A stretch of 64,000 nucleotides of DNA from Candidatus Doudnabacteria bacterium (GTDB lineage Bacteria; Patescibacteriota; Doudnabacteria; UBA920): contig JARLHZ010000010.1 in the NCBI GenBank assembly GCA_031291995.1, forward strand, positions 37,155 to 101,154, read 5' to 3'. The translations under genes were made by a program, and so were the position numbers. Within the stretch, counting starts at the first letter, position 1, and each line of letters starts with the position of its first letter. Shown piece by piece: positions 27,734-37,953 of the stretch. The notes beneath the pieces were generated by a model. That model did no database searches and was not told the origin of the DNA. It was given only the letters and a program-made list of their open reading frames with translations.

Positions 27734-29623
27734 CTAAACCGCGGCAACCGCGGGCGTTTCCACAATCGGCGGGAACTCCGGAGCCCGCTGTTTTTCCGCG
27801 GGAATAATATCTTTTACAATCGCGAAAAAATCTTCCTGTTCCAAAGTTTCGTCTTTTATCAGCCTCTGGGCAATAGTTTCAAGATAATTTCTGTGTTTAG
27901 TCAGAACCTCAATCGCCCGTTCCAGGCCTTGCTTCATGATTTTGGAGACTTCCTCATCTATGGTCTTGGCCACCGCTTCGCTGTAATTTCTTTGTTCCGA
28001 AATTTCCCGTCCCAAAAATACCATTTCATGCTGGTCACCCAAAACAATCGGCCCGATTTCTTCACTCATGCCATAATTCATTACCAACTTTCTCGCCACT
28101 CCGGTCGCCACTTTCAGGTCGTTGGATGCTCCGGTCGTCAGCTCTTTAAATACAAGCTTTTCGGCCGCGTAACCGCCCAACAAAGCGGCAATTTCGTCCA
28201 AGAAACTCTGCTTGGTGTGCAAATGTTTATCTTCAAAAGGAAGTTTCATGGTATAACCCGCCGCGCGGCCGCGGGAAATTATGGAAACTTTGTGCACCGG
28301 ATCCGAATACACCAGAACACTGCCGATTAACGCATGGCCGCCCTCGTGATAAGCCGTAATTTCCTTTTCTTTGGTCGATAAAATATGGCTCTTTCTTTCC
28401 GGACCGAGCATAACTTTTTCTATCGATTCCTTTAGCTCGTCATTGCCGATTTCCCGCTTATTGAGACGCGCGGTAAGGATGGCCGATTCATTGATTAAAT
28501 TAGCCAAGTCCGCGCCGGAAAAACCGGGAGTGCGTTCGGCAATTTTCCGCAAGTCCACGCCTTTGGCCATGGGCTTGTTTTTGGAATGAACCTTTAAAAT
28601 AGCTTCGCGGTCGTTAATATCGGGCAAATCCAAAATTACCTGGCGGTCAAATCGTCCGGGACGGAGCAGTGCGGGATCTAAAACGTCGGGCCGGTTAGTG
28701 GCGGCCATGACAATCACGTTGGTGTCGGTTTCAAAGCCATCCATTTCCACCAAAATTTGGTTTAAAGTTTGTTCCCGTTCGTCATGCCCGCCTCCCAGGC
28801 CGGCGCCGCGCTGGCGTCCGACGGCGTCTATTTCATCAATAAAAATAATGCACGGGGCATTTTTTTTGGCTTTTTTAAATAAATCGCGTACGCGCGCCGC
28901 GCCAACACCCACGAACATTTCCACGAATTCCGAACCGGAAATATGGAAAAAGGGTACGTTAGCTTCGCCGGCCACAGCTCTGGCCAGCAGGGTTTTGCCG
29001 ACACCCGGGCTGCCGAGCAACAAGACGCCCTTGGGAATTTTCGCCCCCAGGGACAAAAACTTTTGGGGGAACCGCAAAAATTCGACAATCTCCTTTAGCT
29101 CTTCCTTGGCCTCTTTGGCGCCGGCGACATCGGCAAACTTTACGCGATTCTTTCGTTCGTCGTTCAGCTTTACCGAACTCTGGCCAAAACTTAAAGCGCG
29201 ATTATTGCTGCCCTGCACCTGTCGCATAAGGAAATAAACGAACAAACTGACTAAAGCCAGCGGCAATAAAATGGAAAGTATCGGGCTGGCCAGGTTGGAC
29301 CAGATACTGCCGGTATCGTATTCGATTCTTACTTTATCCGGGGTCAGCTTGGACGGATCAACGCCGGTATTTTTAAAAAATGCCACCACGTCCGTACCTG
29401 AAACAATTTTGGCCTGCTCTTGGGTTTCGCTATCTTTAACTTTGACCGTCACCAAACTGTCGGAAATCGTCATGGTGTCAACTTTCCCCTGGTTAAGCAG
29501 GGTGCTGACCTCCGACATGGATACCGAATTGACTTTTGGATTTTGGTTAAATGCCGAAAAAATCGCGGTAATAAACAAAAACCCGACTAATATTAATATG
29601 ATATTCTTAATAATTTTTCCCAT
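27734..29623 (-). CDS. ftsH: ATP-dependent zinc metalloprotease FtsH
   Basis: N-terminal TM helices, AAA Walker A ([17 protein letters not shown]), SRH, HEGGHAL zinc site. Confidence 0.96.
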   Translation of the reverse strand: MGKIIKNIILILVGFLFITAIFSAFNQNPKVNSVSMSEVSTLLNQGKVDTMTISDSLVTVKVKDSETQEQAKIVSGTDVVAFFKNTGVDPSKLTPDKVRIEYDTGSIWSNLASPILSILLPLALVSLFVYFLMRQVQGSNNRALSFGQSSVKLNDERKNRVKFADVAGAKEAKEELKEIVEFLRFPQKFLSLGAKIPKGVLLLGSPGVGKTLLARAVAGEANVPFFHISGSEFVEMFVGVGAARVRDLFKKAKKNAPCIIFIDEIDAVGRQRGAGLGGGHDEREQTLNQILVEMDGFETDTNVIVMAATNRPDVLDPALLRPGRFDRQVILDLPDINDREAILKVHSKNKPMAKGVDLRKIAERTPGFSGADLANLINESAILTARLNKREIGNDELKESIEKVMLGPERKSHILSTKEKEITAYHEGGHALIGSVLVYSDPVHKVSIISRGRAAGYTMKLPFEDKHLHTKQSFLDEIAALLGGYAAEKLVFKELTTGASNDLKVATGVARKLVMNYGMSEEIGPIVLGDQHEMVFLGREISEQRNYSEAVAKTIDEEVSKIMKQGLERAIEVLTKHRNYLETIAQRLIKDETLEQEDFFAIVKDIIPAEKQRAPEFPPIVETPAVAAV

Positions 29624-29968
29624 ACTAGCTCCTGTTTAAAAGAATTAAGGTTATTAGATTATACAAATTATTTCGAATTTAATCAATGGCTTAATGGATG
29701 CCCCGCTTTGCTTCCATAAACCGCGCGGCCGATTAAATATCGAGCGTGGAATATTCGCGTTTGCGTTGCGGAGAATGTAAACATAATAGAACTTTCGGGC
29801 ATAAAATTAACTATACCCTAATTGAGCTCTTATTTTTAATTTTGAAAATTAAATTTTGCCCTGTACCAACTCGCTACGACCTAAAAGTCGGCTCGGGTGC
29901 AGGGAATGTACCAGTCGGCTAACTGGGTTCATGGCTGCGCCATGTACCGGAGCAAAGCGACTGGTACA

Positions 29969-30055
29969 TGGTGGGGACGGTGGGAGTTGAACCCACAAGC
30001 CCTTGCGGGCACAAGGTCCTAAGCCTTGCGCGTATGCCAATTCCGCCACGTCCCC
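29969..30055 (-). tRNA. tRNA-Leu (anticodon TAG), type II with a long variable arm
   Basis: Manual fold: acceptor ggggacg/cgtcccc, anticodon stem caagg/ccttg with loop ctTAGga, variable-arm hairpin gccc-gcaa-gggc, T-arm gtggg-ttcaact-cccac, CCA encoded. Confidence 0.8.
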
Positions 30056-30164
30056 AATGAACGATAATAACTCATTAAATCGCTTTAATTGGCAAATCTA
30101 TTTTAGCAGTTTAAGGCTTATGTTGGCAAAACAAAATGCCTCCACCCTAATTGGACAACGGCAA

Positions 30165-30365
30165 AATAAAGGTTCCCCGCCGCAAGCAGCGGGGTATTAC
30201 TGCAAGGAACAGCTGCATCTTCGCGGCAAGCCGCGAGGTATTGAACCTTTCTTTCCGCCAAAGGCGGATCCGCCTCCGGCGGAAGCTCCCTGCCTGGCGG
30301 CAGGCAGGCCTCGGCTCGCTTGTCCTTTGAAAGACAAAGGACAGACTCGCCTACGTCGCGAATAA
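30165..30365. repeat. Structured repeat element L between the pilin-like array and tRNA-Leu (second copy 59608-59760)
   Basis: Shared blocks aataaaggttccccgccgcaagc..ggggtattactgcaa and cctcggctcgct ... ctacgtcgc(g/t)aataaaa; internal hairpins differ (gtcctttgaaagacaaaggac vs cggccataaatggccg); minus-strand end forms a terminator-like GC hairpin plus U-run; carries an extra 28-bp GGATCC palindrome absent from the other copy. Confidence 0.65.
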
Positions 30366-30374
30366 AAACTACAA

Positions 30375-31268
30375 TTATTGCCCTTTGGTAATAACGCTGC
30401 TGATTACGGTAATTATAGCGTACGATAATAGCACGACAATGACGCCGATAATGGAATTAACAATGGCTTTTTTGCCTTTTTCCGACTGCTCCTCGTTGCC
30501 CGCGGAAGTAATATACCAAAAGCCGCCGACAATAAGCATTAGCACGGCAATAACTCCGGCCAGCGCCAACAGCAAAGTAATTATCTTAGTCAATAAATCT
30601 GTCAGGCTATTGCTGGCGCAAATTCCCCCGTTGCAAGCCGAACTGTTCGGCGGCAGGCATAAACCGTTAACCGAAACTAAACCAGCCGCGCAGTTACCTT
30701 GTGTCTGGCCAGTTCCGTTAGTACTTGCGCCGGTAAGCGAGATGCCCATTGCCGTTGCCGTATCAGAGCCGACGATTCCGTCATTGGTCAGGTTGTGTGA
30801 TTGCTGCCAAAGCTGAATTCCCTTGATTGTTTCTGAGTCGCAAGTTCCGCTGTAAGTGACATTGCTGTCAACACCCTGCACGATTCCCTGAATTTGCTTA
30901 ATAATATTTGGGTCGGTAGTGCCGCAAGACCCGCCGCCCTTCGGCGACCCAATAGCGTATTGAGAAGAATTGTTGTTAGCCGGCAATCCACATTTACCGC
31001 TGTTACATACCAGTCCGCTTTTGGAAGTACCGCAATCCGCGCTGGTGGAACAAGGCGTAGTATTCGTTACCGTCTCACAGGTGTTGCCGTTTGTTTTATC
31101 ACAAAATAAGCCGGTAGCGCAATCGGTATTAAAAGTGCATCCGTCCCCCAGCTGCGCGTCGGCAAAAACAAAAAAAGGGTAAGCTAAAAATACGCCAACA
31201 ATTAAGACGACTAATGCCGAAATATTTAAATACCTCAATGAAAACCCTTTTGCATGCGTCCCGTTCAT
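30375..31268 (-). CDS. T4SS-pilin-like (TrbC/VirB2-like) secreted protein with a Cys-rich N-terminal domain, member 1 of a five-gene array
   Basis: Signal peptide; C-terminal conserved block IVGGFWYITSAGNEEQSEKGKKAIVNSIIGVIVVLLSYAIITVI (two TM helices flanking an SAGNEE..EKGK loop) shared by all five paralogs; 12 Cys in the N-terminal domain. Confidence 0.6.
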   Translation of the reverse strand: MNGTHAKGFSLRYLNISALVVLIVGVFLAYPFFVFADAQLGDGCTFNTDCATGLFCDKTNGNTCETVTNTTPCSTSADCGTSKSGLVCNSGKCGLPANNNSSQYAIGSPKGGGSCGTTDPNIIKQIQGIVQGVDSNVTYSGTCDSETIKGIQLWQQSHNLTNDGIVGSDTATAMGISLTGASTNGTGQTQGNCAAGLVSVNGLCLPPNSSACNGGICASNSLTDLLTKIITLLLALAGVIAVLMLIVGGFWYITSAGNEEQSEKGKKAIVNSIIGVIVVLLSYAIITVISSVITKGQ

Positions 31269-31311
31269 TTTGTGTCTATTTTAATTTTCCGGATTCGAAC
31301 AGAAGGAAAAA

Positions 31312-31731
31312 TTAATAACCCGAAGCCACGTAATTGGAAATTACGTTGATAATTACGAATGATAAAACAATTATGACTATGCCAATAATGGCGTTAACCA
31401 CGTTTTGTTTGCCCTTTTCCGCGGCTTCTTCGTTGCCGGCGGAAGTAATATATTGGTAACCGCCGACAATGACAAACACAATGGCGATAGCCCCGGCAAT
31501 ATACAGCAGCATGGTTATTACCAAATAAATTAAACCGTTCTGGCCGGTCAGATGCGTCGCGCCGCCAATACCCATACCTCCCGTGCCAGGAAATAAACCA
31601 CCAACGCCGTTCAGGCCGCTTCCAAACGCGTCACCGCCCGTGCTTTGGGCCGATACTAATCGCGGCATCGCCAAAATGCTTCCAAAAACAACCGCCGCCT
31701 GCCAATATTTGAGTTGTAAATATTTTTTCAT
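31312..31731 (-). CDS. T4SS-pilin-like small secreted protein, member 2
   Basis: Signal peptide plus C-terminal IVGGYQYITSAGNEEAAEKGKQNVVNAIIGIVIIVLSFVIINV block. Confidence 0.6.
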   Translation of the reverse strand: MKKYLQLKYWQAAVVFGSILAMPRLVSAQSTGGDAFGSGLNGVGGLFPGTGGMGIGGATHLTGQNGLIYLVITMLLYIAGAIAIVFVIVGGYQYITSAGNEEAAEKGKQNVVNAIIGIVIIVLSFVIINVISNYVASGY

Positions 31732-31822
31732 TGTATTTTAAATTTTTTATCAAATCCGAAAACAAAAACAATTTGTTCTCGGATTTGATCCCAAACAATA
31801 CGCTTGGGACCAAAATTTCAAA

Positions 31823-32230
31823 TTACGGCGCGCTAGTCGAATTCGGACTGGCCACCAGGCTGGAAATAACGTTTATAATCACGTAGGACAAGATTATAAT
31901 CACGATACCGATAATTGCGTTAATGGCCGTACCTTTGCCTTTTTCCGCGGTTTCTTCGTTACCGGCTGAGGTAATGTACCAGAAGCCGCCAATAATCAGG
32001 AACAACACGGCAATACCGAAGGCAATGCCCAAGAGCCAGTCAATTACCGTGCGAATAAAACCGTTAATGCTGGTAGATTGACAGTTTAAACCCGTTGACG
32101 GGTCGCACTGAAAATTGGCATTTAACTGAGCGCTTGCCAACACCGGAGCGGAAATTAACATAACGGACAACATAACTTCCGCAATTTTAATCAGTTTTTC
32201 TTTTTTTATTATTTGTTTCAAGCTGTTCAC
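31823..32230 (-). CDS. T4SS-pilin-like small secreted protein, member 3
   Basis: C-terminal IIGGFWYITSAGNEETAEKGKGTAINAIIGIVIIILSYVIINV block. Confidence 0.6.
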   Translation of the reverse strand: MNSLKQIIKKEKLIKIAEVMLSVMLISAPVLASAQLNANFQCDPSTGLNCQSTSINGFIRTVIDWLLGIAFGIAVLFLIIGGFWYITSAGNEETAEKGKGTAINAIIGIVIIILSYVIINVISSLVASPNSTSAP

Positions 32231-32244
32231 CCCCTCTCTGTACC

Positions 32245-32300
32245 TTTCCCTCTCCCTCCTTGCCCGCCGAAGCCTTTTGGCAAAGGCGGGTGGGAGAGGA
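32245..32300. repeat. GC-rich nested-hairpin element (cctctccctcc ... gcccgccgaagccttttggcaaaggcgggtgggagagg) between pilin-like genes 3 and 4
   Basis: Read directly; an extended -10 (tgGTATAAT) lies just upstream on the minus strand at about 32330-32345. Confidence 0.55.
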
Positions 32301-32370
32301 CAAAGGTGAGGGATTAGGATTAATTTTTAATTTGACTTTATTATACCACAATAGTTACCTTGTTTCCATG

Positions 32371-32814
32371 CTAACTCCCATGCAACAGTAAATTTGAAAT
32401 AATTCTGACGATAACGGTGGCTAAAATTACCACCACCAAACCGATAACTGAGTTAATGATTATTTTTTTACCTTTTTCCGACTGCTCCTCGTTGCCGGCC
32501 GAAGTCACATAAAAGAATCCGCCAATTATTAAAAAGACCGCCGTGACCACGCCAACCAGGCCCATTGCCCAATAAAATACCGCCAAAACCAGGCCGCTAG
32601 CCGAGCAAAAATAAGGCAGGCTGCTGCTGGCTACCACATTGGCGCCGGAACTCAATCCGAATTGGCTCATAAAATTGGCACATCGCTGGTCAGAAGAAAT
32701 TACCGGCGCCTGATTTTGCGCCCCGGCCACAGCCGGCACCAACGCCAAAAATGACAAGTTGAATAGAACCAGCAGTGAGGCGATTTTCGCGAACTTGATA
32801 AATTTAATTCCCAT
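32371..32814 (-). CDS. T4SS-pilin-like small secreted protein, member 4
   Basis: C-terminal IIGGFFYVTSAGNEEQSEKGKKIIINSVIGLVVVILATVIVRI block. Confidence 0.6.
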   Translation of the reverse strand: MGIKFIKFAKIASLLVLFNLSFLALVPAVAGAQNQAPVISSDQRCANFMSQFGLSSGANVVASSSLPYFCSASGLVLAVFYWAMGLVGVVTAVFLIIGGFFYVTSAGNEEQSEKGKKIIINSVIGLVVVILATVIVRIISNLLLHGS

Positions 32815-32831
32815 ATTTTTGTTGTTAGATT

Positions 32832-33326
32832 TTATTGATGCAGTAACTGCTCGGGCAAATTGCTACAGGGATTTTGGTCAATGATCAGGTAATTCATGGG
32901 GTTAGTGAGATCAAGCCTGCAATTGGCGTTGTTCTTTAATGAAATATCGCGGGTCAGCAGGACATTAACCACCGTATTAATAAGCATAAAGGCGATTAGC
33001 ACCAAAATAAACCCGACGACCGCTTCCGAGATTCCGCTTTTATGTTTGGTAATCGCTTCTTCATTACCCATGGAAATGACCAGCCAAAATCCGTGGTCAA
33101 CAATTTTGTATGCCGCGTAAACTCCGGCCATGGCAATCAACCAGTTGGTGACCTTGGCAATGAGAGTAAATATATCTATAACCGTACACGGTTTTTCGGC
33201 CGCGCCACCGCACGGTACCAGCCCGGCCGCGTGCGTAACGTGCGGCATACTGACGGCAAATAAACTAACAGCCGATAAAGCCAGGATTCCAAGGAAAATT
33301 TTTTGTTTCTGTGCGGACATTTTCAA
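32832..33326 (-). CDS. T4SS-pilin-like small secreted protein, member 5 (most divergent)
   Basis: C-terminal FWLVISMGNEEAITKHKSGISEAVVGFILVLIAFMLINTVVNV block. Confidence 0.5.
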   Translation of the reverse strand: MKMSAQKQKIFLGILALSAVSLFAVSMPHVTHAAGLVPCGGAAEKPCTVIDIFTLIAKVTNWLIAMAGVYAAYKIVDHGFWLVISMGNEEAITKHKSGISEAVVGFILVLIAFMLINTVVNVLLTRDISLKNNANCRLDLTNPMNYLIIDQNPCSNLPEQLLHQ

Positions 33327-33641
33327 TACTAATCAATTACCCCGCAGCAGAGCTGCGAGGTATGAACTGCAGGTTGCAAAGGAGTTGCTATAACCCCGGA
33401 GCAGAGCTCCGAGGAAATCTTATTCATTATACCATAAGCTGACCGGAACCGCCAAACCATTACTGGTAACAGCTCTCAATCTTGAGTAGGACAAACCCGG
33501 AGGCCGGAAATACTGGCGATTTTATGCAGCGAGAATTGGGATGCGTTGTGATATCAGGCGCAGACTGATGAACGAGAAGCCCCCCAGGCCGCGGAAAATC
33601 GGAAGGATTTTCGGCCTCACTCAGGCTTGTGAATTTTGATC
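33327..33641 (-). promoter_or_regulatory. 315-bp ORF-free leader upstream of the pilin-like array with two tandem covarying hairpins
   Basis: ccccgcagcagagctgcgagg and ccccggagcagagctccgagg have an identical architecture with compensatory stem changes. Confidence 0.45.
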
Positions 33642-34937
33642 TTATTGATTTACCAGAGTAGCGGCCTGCTGTTGGCCCTGTTGCAGCGCTTGCTGGGCGG
33701 CCATGCCGTTCAAAATCACATTATCTATCATTTGCCCGAAAATTCCGTCCATCTTAACCTGGTCGGGCTTGTAAAAAGACTTCGCGGTCAAGTCGGAATT
33801 GGCGAACACGCCAATGTCCGGGTCCTGGACCTGCAGGCTGATTAAATCAAGACGGGAAGACGGCACCTTATTTTTCGCGTAATACTGGTCAAGGGAACTT
33901 TTGCTGGTTATAAAATTTATAAAATTCCAGGCCGTGTTCGGGGATTTGCTCTGTTTGCTGACCACTTCGCCCCAGTAATTGGCAAAGTTGACGGCCGGCT
34001 GGGTGAGGTTCGGCTGGGGCATGGGAGCCACGTCAAAATTTAAATTCGGATTTTTCTGCCTCAGACTGGCCAAAGTAAAAGAATAACTGATTAAAAACGC
34101 GGCGCGGCCGTTGGCAAAGGCGTCTATGGAATAATCGCTCCGCGCGTTCCAGTTATAATTTGGCGAAGCGGGATTGGCAAAAGAAGTGTAATAGTTCAGT
34201 CCGTCCAAACCCGGATTATCGCTTTGGCCGTTTTGGGTAACGGCATTAGCGAATACCGGCCTGGTCCCGTCCGTAGAAAACGGAGCGGCCCCTTTTTGAA
34301 GCATAAATAAATACAAAATATCCACAGCGCGATTGACGTTGGCGTTAGTGCCGGCGGCCAGGCCGCTCAGGGTAAAATAACCGGTCTGGTCGGCGCGTTT
34401 GATTTTTTGCACGTCCTGAGAAAGTTCGTCCCAGGTTTTCGGCGGGGTGGCTATGCCGGCGGATCCTAAAATATCCTTATTATAGTAAAGCCCCAGGCTA
34501 TCGACGCTTAAAGGTACGCCGTAAACTTTTTGGTTGAGCGTAAAATCCTTAACCGCCACATCCACGAAAGTATTTTTATAGTTGGTGTACGATAAGATTG
34601 TACTGGTCGCCGGACTGATTTTGTTTATATACTGGGGCAGCCAGGAATTATTGATGGCGAAAATATCGGGGCCGGACCCCGAAGCCAAGGCGTTGATTAA
34701 ATCCTGCGGATAAGTATTAATGTCTTTTTGCGTAAATACCACCTGGACATTGGGATATTTTTGCTGATACGCACTAATCAGCGGCTGAATTTGCGCGGTG
34801 GTAATAAACGGATCCCAAAAATTCAGCACAATCCGCTGCGATGCTGTCCCGCCGCCGCCGCATCCGGCGGAAACGAACACTATTCCCAAAATGGCCAATA
34901 ATATTTTTGATTTGAAAATTTGCGTTTTTTGTTTCAT
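33642..34937 (-). CDS. ABC transporter substrate-binding lipoprotein (sugar-type, solute-binding family 1)
   Basis: Lipobox (VFVSAGCGGG), size and sequence character of MalE-like SBPs. Confidence 0.65.
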   Translation of the reverse strand: MKQKTQIFKSKILLAILGIVFVSAGCGGGGTASQRIVLNFWDPFITTAQIQPLISAYQQKYPNVQVVFTQKDINTYPQDLINALASGSGPDIFAINNSWLPQYINKISPATSTILSYTNYKNTFVDVAVKDFTLNQKVYGVPLSVDSLGLYYNKDILGSAGIATPPKTWDELSQDVQKIKRADQTGYFTLSGLAAGTNANVNRAVDILYLFMLQKGAAPFSTDGTRPVFANAVTQNGQSDNPGLDGLNYYTSFANPASPNYNWNARSDYSIDAFANGRAAFLISYSFTLASLRQKNPNLNFDVAPMPQPNLTQPAVNFANYWGEVVSKQSKSPNTAWNFINFITSKSSLDQYYAKNKVPSSRLDLISLQVQDPDIGVFANSDLTAKSFYKPDQVKMDGIFGQMIDNVILNGMAAQQALQQGQQQAATLVNQ

Positions 34938-34953
34938 TGTTTAAAATATTAAA

Positions 34954-35826
34954 TTATTCTTTCAAATTTTTAAGATACGCGGCGAATTCATGTTTTAACT
35001 CATCGTGTTTTAGCCCAAATTCCACCACCGCTTTTAAATATTCCAGCTTATTGCCGGTGTCATAATATTTGCCGTTTTGGATTTCCACGGCATAAACATC
35101 CCGCTGTTTGGCCAATTGATTAATCGCGTCAACCAGCCACAACTCCCCGTCTTTGCCGGTTTTGGTTTTAGATAATATATCAAACAGTTCCGGCGGCATT
35201 ATATAGGCCCCGTGGGTCGCCAGATTGGAAGGCGCTTTGCCGACGGCCGGTTTTTCCGTAATTTGATTAATCTTAAATACTCCGGGCGCGACATCCGATA
35301 CCGCCGCAATTCCGTATTTATTTACCGCTTCGTCCGGCACTCTGACCGCGGAAATATTGGCCGCGCCGTATTTATCCCAAACATCCATCATTTGCTTCAG
35401 CCTCGGCGGAGTGGAATAAATAAATTCGTCTCCCCATAAAATCGCGAACGGCTCATTGCCAATGACGCGGCGGGCGTTTAAAATCGGGGTACCGTTGCCA
35501 TAAGGCCCTTTTTGCCGCACGTAAATAAAATTGGCCATCTCCGCGATTTTGCGGACTTGGTCGGCCTGCTGCTGTTTGCCGGCTTCCAGCAGGCGTTTTT
35601 CCAGCTCGAACGGATAATCAAAATGGTCCTCTATGCTGCGTTTATGCCAGCCCGTGACAATGACAATGTCTTCTATTCCCGAAGCGACCGCCTCTTCAAC
35701 GACGTACTGGATAATCGGTTTATCTACAATCGGCAGCATCTCCTTGGGCATAGCTTTGGTCGCCGGTAAAAAACGTGTCCCAAACCCCGCCGCCGGAATA
35801 ATCGCTTTTCTGATTTTTAGTTGCAT
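34954..35826 (-). CDS. galU: UTP--glucose-1-phosphate uridylyltransferase
   Basis: KAIIPAAGFGTRFLPATKAMPKEMLPIVDKP N-terminal signature of GalU. Confidence 0.9.
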   Translation of the reverse strand: MQLKIRKAIIPAAGFGTRFLPATKAMPKEMLPIVDKPIIQYVVEEAVASGIEDIVIVTGWHKRSIEDHFDYPFELEKRLLEAGKQQQADQVRKIAEMANFIYVRQKGPYGNGTPILNARRVIGNEPFAILWGDEFIYSTPPRLKQMMDVWDKYGAANISAVRVPDEAVNKYGIAAVSDVAPGVFKINQITEKPAVGKAPSNLATHGAYIMPPELFDILSKTKTGKDGELWLVDAINQLAKQRDVYAVEIQNGKYYDTGNKLEYLKAVVEFGLKHDELKHEFAAYLKNLKE

Positions 35827-35872
35827 GCCTATATTATAAGATAGTAATCGCGAATATACAAATTCGCGGTTA

Positions 35873-37378
35873 CTATTCTGTTTTTGGCCGGTAAATTAGG
35901 GCTTCACCGAGATGCCGGGCTGAAATTTCTTTCGCGCCGGCCAAGTCGGCAATGGTGCGGGAAACTTTTAATATTCGGTGGAGCGAGCGCCCGGAAAAAT
36001 TATATTTTTTCATGGCCGATTTCAGCACATCCTGCTCGGTTTTGGCCAGCCGGCAGTATTGCTTTAATTCCGGCAAATTCATCTCGCTGTTTGTCTTGCT
36101 GGAATTGTACCGCTTTTGCTGGACGGCGCGGGCGGCCGAAACCCGTTTTTTAATTGCCTCCGAACTTTCCGAGCGCTGCTGGTCTGTCATTTTTTCGTAA
36201 GGCAGCCGCGGTACTTCCACGTGCAGGTCAATGCGGTCTAGCAGCGGACCCGAAACTTTTTTTTGATATTTAAAAATTTGTCCGGGACTGCAAACGCAGG
36301 GTTTTTGCCGGTCTCCGGCATAACCGCAGGGACACGGGTTTTGAGCGGCGACCAAAGTAAATTTTGCCGGAAAAGTAAAACTGCCCGACGCGCGCGCGAC
36401 CGTCACCACGCCGTCTTCCAACGGCTGGCGTAGCGCCTCTAAGACATTGCGGGGAAATTCCGGAAACTCATCCAAAAACAAAATTCCCCTGTGCGACAGG
36501 GTAATTTCACCCGGGCGCGGATTTGCCCCGCCGCCGACCAAAGCGACATTGGACGTGGTGTGGTGCGGACTGCGCACCGGACGGCTGGACACCAAACTTC
36601 CGGAAAGTTTGCCGGCAATACTGTAAATTTTAGTCAGCTCCAGGGCTTCGCTTAGGGATAAATCCGGTAATATGCCGGCCATTGCCCGGGCCAAAAGCGT
36701 TTTGCCGCTGCCGGGCGGGCCGGACAACAGGAGATTATGCGAGCCCGCAGCGGCAATTTCCAAAGCGCGTTTGGCCAGTTCCTGCCCGGCGATATCAGCC
36801 ATATCCAGCGCCGCGCTCAAATTTTTTAAAATGTTTTCCGGTTTTTGGCGGGGCTCGGGCCGTAGGACGACAAGCCCCGACAAATGCCCGAATAATTTCC
36901 TTAAGCTGTCCACCGCGTAAACTTTAATGCCCTCGACCAAAGCCGCTTCTTTGGCGTTTTGTTTGGGCACGAATAATTCCTTAAAGCCCGCCTCCGCCGC
37001 TTTTATAGCGGCGGCCAGAACGCCGGGAACCGGACGCAGTTGCCCGTCCAAAGACAGTTCTCCCAAAAACATTTTTCCTCTACCGTCAAACACCAGCTGG
37101 TCTGAGGCCGCAAGCACTCCAAGCGCTATTGGCAAATCAAAATGCGTCCCCAGTTTGGGCACGTCGGCCGGAGCTAAATTTATCGAAACGCGGGTGGGCG
37201 GATAATTACACTCGGAATTCTTAATGGCCGCCTTGACGCGTTCGCGGCTTTCCTGGACCGCGGTATCCGGCAGTCCGACAACAATAGTCGCGGGCAACCC
37301 GTTGGTCACGTCGACTTCAACCTCAATCAGTTCCGCGTTTAACCCGATAACCGCGGCGGAAAAAACTTTGGCAATCAT
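35873..37378 (-). CDS. YifB/ComM-family Mg-chelatase-like AAA+ ATPase
   Basis: N-terminal Lon-like domain (AELIEVEVDVTNGLP), Walker A GPPGSGKT, C-terminal ChlI-like domain; start at the internal Met MIAKVFSA. Confidence 0.85.
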   Translation of the reverse strand: MIAKVFSAAVIGLNAELIEVEVDVTNGLPATIVVGLPDTAVQESRERVKAAIKNSECNYPPTRVSINLAPADVPKLGTHFDLPIALGVLAASDQLVFDGRGKMFLGELSLDGQLRPVPGVLAAAIKAAEAGFKELFVPKQNAKEAALVEGIKVYAVDSLRKLFGHLSGLVVLRPEPRQKPENILKNLSAALDMADIAGQELAKRALEIAAAGSHNLLLSGPPGSGKTLLARAMAGILPDLSLSEALELTKIYSIAGKLSGSLVSSRPVRSPHHTTSNVALVGGGANPRPGEITLSHRGILFLDEFPEFPRNVLEALRQPLEDGVVTVARASGSFTFPAKFTLVAAQNPCPCGYAGDRQKPCVCSPGQIFKYQKKVSGPLLDRIDLHVEVPRLPYEKMTDQQRSESSEAIKKRVSAARAVQQKRYNSSKTNSEMNLPELKQYCRLAKTEQDVLKSAMKKYNFSGRSLHRILKVSRTIADLAGAKEISARHLGEALIYRPKTE

Positions 37379-37387
37379 AGAATGAGC

Positions 37388-37450
37388 ATTTAAAAAATTG
37401 ACAAAATTGAGCAAAATTGAGCAAAATTCTTTAATACCATTTTTGACAAT
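37388..37450. promoter_or_regulatory. Cluster of TTGACAA / TTGAGCAA repeats upstream of the yifB-like gene
   Basis: attgacaaaattgagcaaaattgagcaaaatt ... tttgacaatttttt ... ttgtcatttttgtcaat. Confidence 0.5.
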
Positions 37451-37453
37451 TTT

Positions 37454-37933
37454 TTAAATTTTGTCATTTTTGTCAATAACTTTGGCGGGCTTGAGCGCTA
37501 ATAAGATAATTCCTAAAATAATATACCCATCGGCCAGATTATATATTCCCACCCAATGATAAAAAGCAATGTAAATAAAATCGCGCACGTAGCCAAGCGC
37601 GATTCTTTCCGCGATGTTACAAAATGCGCCGGCAAAAATAAGGACGAATGCCAGCCGCATTATGCCGGTAAACTCGCGGTGATGTTTAGCGGCGTAATAT
37701 ATCAAACCGGCCATAACGCCAAAATATATCAAATACATTAAAAAAACCGGCACCGGCAGGCTAAACGCGAATTGCCGATTTTGAAAAATATTTTGGGCGG
37801 CAGACTTACTGAACTGGTCAGCCGCCACCAAAAAAATAAATAAAAAAGCGATAAGCCAATTTTTTTTGCTTTCGCTTTTTTTGAAATCGGTAAAATTTTC
37901 CATAAAAAACAGTATTTGGCGCATCCGGTGCAT
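37454..37933 (-). CDS. lspA: Lipoprotein signal peptidase II
   Basis: LspA conserved motifs (DQFSK; GAFCNIAERIALGYVRDFIYIAF; IYNLADGYI). Confidence 0.8.
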   Translation of the reverse strand: MHRMRQILFFMENFTDFKKSESKKNWLIAFLFIFLVAADQFSKSAAQNIFQNRQFAFSLPVPVFLMYLIYFGVMAGLIYYAAKHHREFTGIMRLAFVLIFAGAFCNIAERIALGYVRDFIYIAFYHWVGIYNLADGYIILGIILLALKPAKVIDKNDKI

Positions 37934-37953
37934 CGGTAACTAATCGGCTAAAA

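Noticed and set aside
29849-30365. Track ORFs 29849-30049 (-) and 30003-30365 (+)
   Set aside because: They overlap tRNA-Leu and the structured repeat L, and their translations are low-complexity.
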